Assembly (NCBI GenBank): GCA_963824495.1
Contig: CAWGPQ010000016.1
Coordinates: 1-12,792 of the forward strand
From: an uncultured bacterium
Lineage (GTDB): Bacteria > Babelota > Babeliae > Babelales > Babelaceae
DNA length: 12,792 nt
Direction of reading: 5' to 3'
Position 1 is the first letter of the stretch, and every line of letters begins with the position of its first letter. Positions 1 to 7,170 of this stretch are shown here, in pieces. The notes under the pieces were generated by a model that saw nothing but the letters and a program-made list of their open reading frames with translations, was not told the DNA's origin and did not search any database. Both the position numbers and the translations under genes were made by a program.

Positions 1-911
1 TAAATATTATTTTGTTCATAAATGGCCTGCGCTTGTTGGTAATAAGAATTTGCTTGAGTATAAAGCTTTTGTTCAGGGCAGTTCTCATGTTTTAGCACAG
101 TGCTTAGAAGAGCATAGTTACGTGCGAGCTTATGACAACTTCTTGCTACATGTGGGTGGTTTTCTCCCAAAAGTTTTTTTCGCATATCCAATGCACATTC
201 AAAGTGAGCTGCTGACTCATATAAATATCGTTGTGCTAATTCTGGATTACCCTTTTTTTGTTCAGATTTACTCAAAAACTCAAAAATTGTTCCCAAGCCA
301 TGTTGAGCATGTGATGTATCTAATTCTTGCGCAGTATAAGCGTGTGCAATCTCTAGGGCTTTTAAGAATGAATCTTTTGCCTGGTTTAAATAATGTTCTT
401 GTTGCGTTAATGGTTCATGATTTTTTTCACAGTTTTCATAATTTACGTAACATCTATAGCCATTGACTATAAAGTAGCTGCTTGCTATTTTATCAAATTT
501 CTCTGCTCTATAATTATTTAAATTTTCAGGGATAGCTAAAAGATTTTGGGCTTTTTTCATGTACAAATCACGTTGACGATGATCACCTAGGTGATGAAAA
601 GACATGGAGAGCCCAATGTATGCTTGTGCTATCGAGGCTTTTGTGTCTTGAGCAGATAATTTGTTTTCACAGAGAGTGATAGCATGCAAGAACCATGTAA
701 TAGCAGATTGATAGTTATACTTGCTATTAAGAAAATCCTGAGCCACAAGCAAACAATCTTGAGCAACGCTCTCCCACGCAATAGTTTCTTCTTGAGGTGT
801 GTTTAGTAGTTTAAGCTGAGATTCAAGTTCTTCTATGGTTAAGGGAGAGCAATATGTGATATGCCATGCAGCAAACAGCATAATAAGATAAACAATTCTT
901 TGTTTAAGCAC
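1..911 (-). CDS. Signal-peptide-bearing TPR (tetratricopeptide repeat) protein, 3' end outside the window (>303 aa)
   Basis: Hand translation of the minus strand from GTG at 911 (preceded by GAGGAG) is open to base 1: MLKQRIVYLIMLFAAWHITYCSPLTIEELESQLK...IAQAYIGLSMSFHHLGD...AKDSFLKALEIAHAY...HAQHGLGTIFEFL...FECALDMRKKLLGENHPHVARSCHKLARNYALL...ANSYYQQAQAIYEQN. ALDMRKKLLGENHPHVA is a kinesin-light-chain-type TPR signature. It is absent from the ORF track because there is no stop in the window. Confidence 0.85.
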   Translation of the reverse strand, partial: MLKQRIVYLIMLFAAWHITYCSPLTIEELESQLKLLNTPQEETIAWESVAQDCLLVAQDFLNSKYNYQSAITWFLHAITLCENKLSAQDTKASIAQAYIGLSMSFHHLGDHRQRDLYMKKAQNLLAIPENLNNYRAEKFDKIASSYFIVNGYRCYVNYENCEKNHEPLTQQEHYLNQAKDSFLKALEIAHAYTAQELDTSHAQHGLGTIFEFLSKSEQKKGNPELAQRYLYESAAHFECALDMRKKLLGENHPHVARSCHKLARNYALLSTVLKHENCPEQKLYTQANSYYQQAQAIYEQNNI

Positions 912-949
912 AGGTGCTCCTCATTGGATTATACCAAAATATTTGCTTT

Positions 950-1726
950 CTATTTCTTCTGCGCAATCGTAACTATACGATCGGTTGTACTTCCGTTAAA
1001 TGTTGATCCGTCAATTCCACATTGAGCTAGGACCTTAAACCCATTCCTATGCAGCATGTGCCTAAGTTGTTGCGCAGTATAAACCTGCAAGGTTTGCGTA
1101 CTTCTCGATATCTTTGGTTTGTTAGAGTCTTTCTGTACATAAGAAGTAGTATAAGATGTTAGAATGCCGTCTTTGTCTATGGTGCTATATTGAATATTGC
1201 GCATCTTGGTATTGTCTTCAATTTTTTGCCAATCAATAGTCAGGTGGGTTATGTTATTGTCTTTCATTAAATAAGTTAAGTTATTTATGTCAAATATGTA
1301 TAGTCCATTATCTTTTAGATTTCCATGTATAGTGTGCATAGCTTTTTCAAAATCAACTTTTGTGAGATGTCCCACAGCATTGAATATGGTAATAACAGCA
1401 TCAAACTTACCAACCTGTAGGGTGCGCATGTCGCCTTTGAGGAGTTTTACGTTTAACTTTTCTTTTTTGGCTTTGCTTCTTGCAATTTTTAGCATATTCG
1501 AGTTGATATCAGATCCAGTCACTTCATATCCACGCTTGGCTAGCCATAAAACTTGTGAGCTGGTTCCACAGGTAAGATCAAGAACGGTCTTAACCGCGTA
1601 TTTTTTAAGTATTTTTTCTATAGTTTGATTTATTAACTTAGAGTTTTTTTCGTTAAATATATCGTAGCGCTTAGCTTCTTTATTATAATGTGACGGTTTG
1701 GCACTATAGTGCGATATATGCTTCAT
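950..1726 (-). CDS. Class I SAM-dependent methyltransferase
   Basis: Motif I VLDLTCGTS, post-I VTGSDIN, LKGDMR, motif II FDAVITIFNAVGH, motif III LKDNGLYIFD; starts 5 bp after the clostripain stop. Confidence 0.92.
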   Translation of the reverse strand: MKHISHYSAKPSHYNKEAKRYDIFNEKNSKLINQTIEKILKKYAVKTVLDLTCGTSSQVLWLAKRGYEVTGSDINSNMLKIARSKAKKEKLNVKLLKGDMRTLQVGKFDAVITIFNAVGHLTKVDFEKAMHTIHGNLKDNGLYIFDINNLTYLMKDNNITHLTIDWQKIEDNTKMRNIQYSTIDKDGILTSYTTSYVQKDSNKPKISRSTQTLQVYTAQQLRHMLHRNGFKVLAQCGIDGSTFNGSTTDRIVTIAQKK

Positions 1727-1731
1727 ATTTT

Positions 1732-3003
1732 TTAACCTTGCAATACGTTGGAATACAACAGTAATTTTAATAAATTAATCCATTGTGATTTACGTGAAAA
1801 GATCGTTGTGCAATACGAATCGTCAATTACACGTAATGGAAGATATATAGCAACACCATAGGCAAGGCCATGCGTAGAAGCTCCGCCACAGCGTGCAATG
1901 ATTAGGGGTTGTATCGTTGCGTAAAAATCTTCGAGAGCTGCTTGTAGGGCATAAAGAGCATGTGATGGCGGTACCGTAGCCAATTGCTCTTCTAAACACT
2001 TACAAAATGCGATCAAGTCGGTATACATTGACCACAGGCAAAATCTTGGGCTTCTGTCGCACGCTTGTATAAGCAAAGGTACAAGCTCAGGCATATTTAA
2101 TAGATGTATAACAAGCACATCAAGCGCTTTGCTTGCGTTATATATATGCGATAAATCCAGCGCAGCGTGAGTATAAATTCCCAAATCATCATGCTTATTA
2201 TAGTACGCATCAAAAACGGATACCATGCCTGCTGCTACCGCACGAGGCGCAAGGCCTTGGTTGAGTAGTCCCATGATGCTTTGATAATCAAAGCCATCAG
2301 ATAATGAACAACTTTGATTGCCCACTAAATATCGTGCATAGGGTGCAACGTGATACCCAATTTCAAACATATCACCCATGCACGCATCAAATGCAAGAAT
2401 ATCAAGTTGTTTGCCGTTTAATATAGTTGTTTTAAGAAATGCAAGGCTATCGATAAGACCTTGATTATTGAGATAGGTGCGTGGGTTAAGATTAAACATA
2501 AAGCCCTTGTGCTGTTTATAATGTTGAGCACATGCTGCAAAGCACGCTGGTTTAATCGTGCACGCATTGCTCAATGCATCAGCACCCGCTTCCCATTGTT
2601 GAGTTTCACTGTTCCATTGCGGATCTAAGATTCCCCAGCCATGGTTTGAAGCGATAAGCATAGTATAATCGGCATTATTATTGGCAAACGCCCAGCATGC
2701 GGCATCAATAAAATCTTGTTTGCTATTACCACTTATTGCTGTTTCTTCAAGAAAAACGAGGCCTTCACTTGTTACGCGGTAACGGAGCCCTGCTGCATAA
2801 TACGCATGCAGTTGAATTACAAAGTCTACAGTATTATTCGGGATGCCACGCATCATGTCGGTAATATTTTTGATCGCCATGTGACTCAAAGCATCACTTG
2901 AGTCCATGTAGAAAAAAACTTTCCAGGTAACGGAAGCTAGCGAAAAGAACCAGCTCGTGCCTATTATTAAAATAAAGATTGATATGTTTTTTCTGGTGGT
3001 CAT
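1732..3003 (-). CDS. Clostripain-related cysteine peptidase (family C11, clan CD) with N-terminal signal peptide
   Basis: N-terminal WKVFFYMDSSDAL resembles the C11 WTvlvYm-dNnL motif; catalytic His in LIASNHGWG and catalytic Cys in DILAFDACMG-MFEIGY; GVAIYLP near the C-terminus; hydrophobic N-terminus; AGAGGA RBS. Confidence 0.88.
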   Translation of the reverse strand: MTTRKNISIFILIIGTSWFFSLASVTWKVFFYMDSSDALSHMAIKNITDMMRGIPNNTVDFVIQLHAYYAAGLRYRVTSEGLVFLEETAISGNSKQDFIDAACWAFANNNADYTMLIASNHGWGILDPQWNSETQQWEAGADALSNACTIKPACFAACAQHYKQHKGFMFNLNPRTYLNNQGLIDSLAFLKTTILNGKQLDILAFDACMGDMFEIGYHVAPYARYLVGNQSCSLSDGFDYQSIMGLLNQGLAPRAVAAGMVSVFDAYYNKHDDLGIYTHAALDLSHIYNASKALDVLVIHLLNMPELVPLLIQACDRSPRFCLWSMYTDLIAFCKCLEEQLATVPPSHALYALQAALEDFYATIQPLIIARCGGASTHGLAYGVAIYLPLRVIDDSYCTTIFSRKSQWINLLKLLLYSNVLQG

Positions 3004-3034
3004 GCTTCCTCTTTTCTATTTAAACAGCTATCTT

Positions 3035-3670
3035 TCAATTAAGTTTTTTGATAGTGAGCATATAGTATACATACATATCAGCATGTGGTACTCCATATAT
3101 ATTTTTCTCATGAGGACTTCCAGCAAATCTCGTAAAGCCAAGCTTTTCATAAAATTTATGCGTTGCATCATTGCCTTTGTGTAAGGTATACAAAAGACAA
3201 TTATCTACATCTTTAAACGTCTGTAGTGCATCTGCCAATAATTTTCTACCAATGCCGTGTCTACGGTAATGTGCCTCGACAAACAGTAAATCAATTTCTA
3301 GCGTATGGTCATTTTTATGAAATAAAATAAATCCAGCTATGCATTTGTTCTTATTATCGTATGCAATATGTAGTCGTGCATTACCATGGTTAGTAACACA
3401 GTGCAGAAATACCTGGGTATCAGCCGCAACTTCTTTTTGTAAACACTCGTCAGGATTTTTACCAAAAGAAAATTCTGAATAATATTTTACGAAAATGGGT
3501 TTAAAATATTCAAATGAAACCGCAGTATCAAGCTGAACTATCGCAGGTAGATCATCATGGGTTGCCGGCCGTATAATAAAAGTATCGTTTAGTTCTTCTC
3601 GAGGTGCTTGTTCTGCTACAGCTATCCCCTGTACAGTAAGTGATGCTAAAAAATACAGCATGTATATCAT
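3035..3670 (-). CDS. GNAT family N-acetyltransferase with predicted signal peptide
   Basis: IIRPATHDDL start of the fold, acetyl-CoA motif A LFVEAHYRRHGIGRKLL, motif B NDATHKFYEKLGF; N-terminus MIYMLYFLASLTVQGIAVA-EQ resembles a signal peptide; AAAGGGGG RBS. Confidence 0.9.
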   Translation of the reverse strand: MIYMLYFLASLTVQGIAVAEQAPREELNDTFIIRPATHDDLPAIVQLDTAVSFEYFKPIFVKYYSEFSFGKNPDECLQKEVAADTQVFLHCVTNHGNARLHIAYDNKNKCIAGFILFHKNDHTLEIDLLFVEAHYRRHGIGRKLLADALQTFKDVDNCLLYTLHKGNDATHKFYEKLGFTRFAGSPHEKNIYGVPHADMYVYYMLTIKKLN

Positions 3671-3712
3671 TACTTCCCCCTTTACGCATTCAAAAGCAGT
3701 TTTCCTCTAGAT

Positions 3713-3752
3713 ACTATAAAATAGTTGACATCTAATGAGCAACTATTAATGT
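3713..3752. promoter_or_regulatory. Candidate back-to-back sigma70 promoters overlapped by an 8-12-8 inverted repeat (putative operator)
   Basis: AATAGTTG (3720-3727) N12 CAACTATT (3740-3747). Plus strand: TTGACA (3725-3730)-16-TAATGT (3747-3752). Minus strand: TTGCTC (3742-3737)-18-TATAGT (3718-3713). Confidence 0.5.
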
Positions 3753-3761
3753 CCTTTCCAG

Positions 3762-3922
3762 ATAATGTATACTATAAGGATACCTGAAATTGTATTTGTG
3801 CTTCATGTCTTTTAGGAAAAGTCGCAACAGGCATAAAGACACCCCAGCAAGAAATAGATCTGGTAAAATCCAGACTTAAGCAAGCTGACGAACTATACAG
3901 AGAACTATTTAAAAAGAAGTGA
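3762..3922 (+). pseudogene. Remnant (C-terminal half) of a RelE/ParE-superfamily, Gp49/HigB-like type II toxin
   Basis: Reads IMYTIRIPEIVFVLHVF*EKSQ (TAG at 3813-3815), then after a 1-nt frameshift near 3826 TGIKTPQQEIDLVKSRLKQADELYRELFKKK*. This matches the family pattern vYt-----vyVLHaFqKKs-tGi-Tp--eidli--Rl. The stop TGA (3920-3922) overlaps the antitoxin GTG (GTGA). The N-terminal half is missing. Confidence 0.85.
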
Positions 3923-4332
3923 ATACCATAAAAACTAAGCATGAATATACAGCAAGCTCAGGAAATGTTTTTGAGGACCTTGGACTCGAAAATCCAGAAG
4001 AATGTCTTGCAAAGGCAGAGCTTGCCCGTCAAATTAATAATCTCATTAAGCAAAAAGGGCTTACGCAACGGGCTGCTGCTGAAGTACTTGATGTAGCTCA
4101 GCCAAAAATATCTGCTCTTAGCAAAGGCAAGTTATCAGGTTTTTCTCTTGAAAGACTTTTTCGTTTTTTAAATATATTGGGTCATGATATTACTATTAAA
4201 GTGGGTCCAAAGAGGGTGGCAAAGGGTAAGGCTCAAGTAAGCGTGACTTTGCCAAAACTAAAAAAAGAAATGCCTGTAAGCAGACCAGTTACCACAAATA
4301 CAGCATTTGTCCAAGCACGTAAAAGAAAATAG
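3919..4332 (+). CDS. XRE-family HTH antitoxin (HigA-like, HTH_37 type)
   Basis: SSGNVFEDLGLENPEE N-terminal motif, HTH LTQRAAAEVLDVAQPKISALSKGKLSGFSLERL; lies directly downstream of the toxin remnant with a 4-bp overlap. Confidence 0.9.
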   Translation: MNTIKTKHEYTASSGNVFEDLGLENPEECLAKAELARQINNLIKQKGLTQRAAAEVLDVAQPKISALSKGKLSGFSLERLFRFLNILGHDITIKVGPKRVAKGKAQVSVTLPKLKKEMPVSRPVTTNTAFVQARKRK

Positions 4333-4639
4333 CTCAGCAGAATGTGCTCTAGTGCTTCCACATGTGATATTAATTACGTTTCGCGCCCTCCAAGAGCCAC
4401 AACCATGCGTAATCCTAATCGTCTTGCTACTATCATTTAGATGAAAGTGCTCTAGGCTAGTCTTTATTAAATAAATGCTGTAAGTCTAGGTGCTCAAACT
4501 ATTGCTATGTGAATATTTTATTTGATAGACTAATTTTTAAGGTCACCCGGTTTCGATCTCAGGCTACAGCCCATGTCTAGGGTAAGGGAAAGGGATATGT
4601 GTGAGTAAGCACGAAAATAAAGCTCAAGGAAAACAACGA

Positions 4640-5239
4640 ATGAGAAGGGTTAGAACAAAATGTATAGTAGGCGCAGTTATCTATGCTATACTCTTTTGTA
4701 CAACCATAGTAATTAGCCAACCGAGAGGAATAATCATGAAGCAAGAAAAAGGTAGTACACGATCACTTGTACCAAATATCGGCATAACGGATAAGGATCG
4801 TCAGCTAAGTTCGAATATTTTAAACAAGATTCTTGCCGGAGAATTTGTTTTACTGGTGCAGACGCTTAATTATCACTGGAATCTTGTAGGGCCAGAGTTT
4901 CATGATTATCATCTGCTATTTGATGGTCAATATAAAGCTATTTTTGAAAAAATAGATGAAATTGCTGAAAGAGTCAGAGCCATTGGTGGTATAGCCCTTG
5001 GGTCCATGGCTGACATGATAAAAGAAGCTCTACTTAAAGAAGATGTTGGTAGTGTGCCAAGCCCAAGAACAATGGTTGAAAATTTGCTTGGTCAACATGA
5101 GTTACTTATTAAAGAGATACGTGATGGTATTAATAAAACCTCTGAGAATAACCGTGATATGGGCACCGGTAACTTTTTAAGTGAACTTATTGAAAAACAT
5201 GAAAAGTTTGCATGGATGCTAAGATCGTTATTGCAATAA
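4640..5239 (+). CDS. dps: Dps family DNA-protection/ferritin-like protein; alternative starts GTG 4601, ATG 4640 (signal-peptide form) and ATG 4736 (canonical size)
   Basis: NYHWNLVGPEFHDYHLLFDGQY and IDEIAERVRAIGG ferroxidase signatures, HEKFAWMLRS C-terminus; AAGGA RBS before 4640 and GAGAGGA RBS before 4736. Confidence 0.93.
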   Translation: MRRVRTKCIVGAVIYAILFCTTIVISQPRGIIMKQEKGSTRSLVPNIGITDKDRQLSSNILNKILAGEFVLLVQTLNYHWNLVGPEFHDYHLLFDGQYKAIFEKIDEIAERVRAIGGIALGSMADMIKEALLKEDVGSVPSPRTMVENLLGQHELLIKEIRDGINKTSENNRDMGTGNFLSELIEKHEKFAWMLRSLLQ

Positions 5240-5269
5240 TAAAATAATAATCTTGTCATAGAGCTCTCG

Positions 5270-5788
5270 ATGTATTGGCGCATTTGTATAATTGGTAGAC
5301 CAGGTAGTGGCAAATCGACCTTTGCGCTCAAACTTCACACAAGAACCGGTATACCTGTTTATCACCTTGATCGATATTTCTTTACACCAAACTGGGTTGA
5401 GCGTGATTATCAAGAATTTTTGGCACTACAACAAGGTATCGTTAATCAGAGCCAATGGATTATTGATGGTAACTCGCTCAAATCACTTGAAATGCGCTAT
5501 GCTCGTACAGAACTATGCCTCTATTTTAATTATCCCCATTGGCTGTGCTTATTACGTATTATTAAAAGATTTTTTATTAAAGACTCCGCTATTAAAGATC
5601 GTGCTGAGGGATGTAGAGAAACTGTGCGGTGGAGTTTGATTAAATTTATGTGGACATTTGAACAGCGTCTTAACAAACGATTCATCTATCAGATTGCAGA
5701 TTTGCGAACTCGGTATCCACACGTAAAATTTATTGAAATCCGCAGTGATTATGATTTAAAGAAAATGTATGAACTATTGGGCATTTAG
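5270..5788 (+). CDS. FlaR-like / 'DNA topology modulation' P-loop nucleotide kinase (adenylate kinase-like fold)
   Basis: RICIIGRPGSGKST Walker A, IPVYHLDRYFFTPNW, WIIDGN and RAEGCRE motifs typical of this family. Confidence 0.85.
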   Translation: MYWRICIIGRPGSGKSTFALKLHTRTGIPVYHLDRYFFTPNWVERDYQEFLALQQGIVNQSQWIIDGNSLKSLEMRYARTELCLYFNYPHWLCLLRIIKRFFIKDSAIKDRAEGCRETVRWSLIKFMWTFEQRLNKRFIYQIADLRTRYPHVKFIEIRSDYDLKKMYELLGI

Positions 5789-5804
5789 GGTTCAATTTCT
5801 TTGC

Positions 5805-6698
5805 TTAAAGCTTATCGATAATGTCTGCCTCAAGTAACCATCGTGAAGGATCGCCGTTTTCTTCGGCAGCCCAGCAAGCCGCTAGCACTGTTTGAACATA
5901 GGTCCATGCTTTTAGACGCTGTTTATCGATGTTTAATACTGCTGAAAAGCATTCTAACCTGTGTGCTATCATATGAGCAACATGAGGCTGCTCAAGCAAT
6001 TCAGGTACGGGATTTCTTATAAATGCCCCAAGCTCGTATATCGATTCACCAAATACACCTTTGGGATCAATGGCAAGCCAGCCATCTCGCGTGCTTGCTA
6101 GGATATTATCATGATGCAAGTCACCATGTAATAATATTGAGGGCCCTGCTGTTCGCAAAAGTCCCTGAGCTAAATCTTTAGCTTTCTCAAGGTGATATTC
6201 AGATAATCTGGTATTCGTGGTCGAATATAAAGCCTGTAACCAATCTGAAACGGCAGGAAAATTAGTAAGATCTCGATCTGATAGCGATGCTGCATGTAAT
6301 TGCTTCATAACATGTATGGCATGTTCCATGGCTGCGGTATCATTATGGGGAAACAAAGATTTAAGCGATGTTCCGGGAATAGCTTGTTCAAGCAATAGCG
6401 CACCCAGCTTTATATCACTATCTAAGAGCACTACGCATCCCTTGCCCTTAAATACATCGAGTGCTGCAGCTTCATGTTTGAGGTCACTCATGTCAAAGCT
6501 CAATTTAAGAATAATGGGCAATGGATTGTGCTTGCGCATTCCAGTCAAAACGTAGTTATAGGATAGATTAGGAACAGGTTGTAGTTCTTGCAAATTCCAT
6601 TTTTGAGCAAGAATATTGACACCCCTGGGGAGCGATGCAAGCCAATCTTTTCCCTTGTCACCCCAAATACGTATAACGTTCTCTCTAAAATTATTCAT
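5805..6698 (-). CDS. Aminoglycoside/hydroxyurea phosphotransferase, APH(6)/StrB-like family
   Basis: GKDWLASLP N-terminus, IILKL, ALLLEQAIPGTSL, catalytic LLHGDLHHDNIL, metal-binding WLAIDPKGVFGE; 297 aa. Confidence 0.9.
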   Translation of the reverse strand: MNNFRENVIRIWGDKGKDWLASLPRGVNILAQKWNLQELQPVPNLSYNYVLTGMRKHNPLPIILKLSFDMSDLKHEAAALDVFKGKGCVVLLDSDIKLGALLLEQAIPGTSLKSLFPHNDTAAMEHAIHVMKQLHAASLSDRDLTNFPAVSDWLQALYSTTNTRLSEYHLEKAKDLAQGLLRTAGPSILLHGDLHHDNILASTRDGWLAIDPKGVFGESIYELGAFIRNPVPELLEQPHVAHMIAHRLECFSAVLNIDKQRLKAWTYVQTVLAACWAAEENGDPSRWLLEADIIDKL

Positions 6699-6709
6699 GA
6701 CTTTATATT

Positions 6710-7018
6710 TTAAGCTAGCTCAGTTGACCACGGACCAGGATGTTGCGATAGCCATCGGAGAAGTTCGTTATCAAAAAGGGCAGGTTCCTCTTTTCTGCTT
6801 GCCGCACTAAGATATGGAGCGGTGCTAATCATGACGACATGCGATACGTATTCTGGATATTTCTTTGCACACTCAAGTGGCATATACCCATGTCCAGAGT
6901 GACCAATAATGACGATGCGACCCAGCCCAAGCTCCTGGCAATAGGATAGTTTGAATTGGCCAGCCTCAACAGTCCCTGTTACGGTCGCCCTGTTTGAGGA
7001 CGTTTCTTTGTTAAACAT
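6710..7018 (-). pseudogene. Internally deleted alpha/beta-fold hydrolase remnant (still one 102-aa ORF)
   Basis: Contains an N-terminal strand (GTVEAGQFKLSYC), the nucleophile-elbow region LGLGRIVIIGHSGHG...AKKYPEYVSHVVMI and a terminal helix EEPALFDNELLRWL, but lacks the intervening segments including the catalytic His loop; GGGAG RBS retained. Confidence 0.75.
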
Positions 7019-7170
7019 GTTTTTATCTCCCGTTGATTAAACCCTATTTCTTTCAAGGAAATTTTCAAATGATCTCTATTGAGGCTTTACTCGTAACAGT
7101 TGGCCTTAGTCAACATATATGAAAATTGCTGAAAAAGTTATTATGCTAAAACTGTAACTGTAATCTGTAG

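Noticed and set aside
50..466. 138-aa plus-strand ORF in the track
   Set aside because: Antisense shadow of the minus-strand TPR gene; TTG start, no RBS, no recognisable motif.
1287..3184. Plus-strand ORFs 1287..1628, 2716..2901 and 2957..3184
   Set aside because: They lie opposite well-supported methyltransferase, clostripain and GNAT genes and have no motifs.
4333..4500. Short repeated words GTGCTCTAG / GTCTAGG and tiny ORFs in the antitoxin-dps intergenic region
   Set aside because: Repeats are 7-9 bp with irregular spacing, so not CRISPR or iteron-like; the translations match nothing I recognise.
5092..6810. ORFs 5092..5331, 5228..5413, 5292..5639, 6217..6555 and 6616..6810
   Set aside because: Alternative-frame or antisense overlaps of dps, the P-loop kinase and the APH gene, without independent evidence.
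7056..7170. AAGGA-preceded 17-codon ORF (MISIEALLVTVGLSQHI) and CTGTA x3 repeat
   Set aside because: Too short, no promoter support, and expected by chance in AT-rich spacer DNA.
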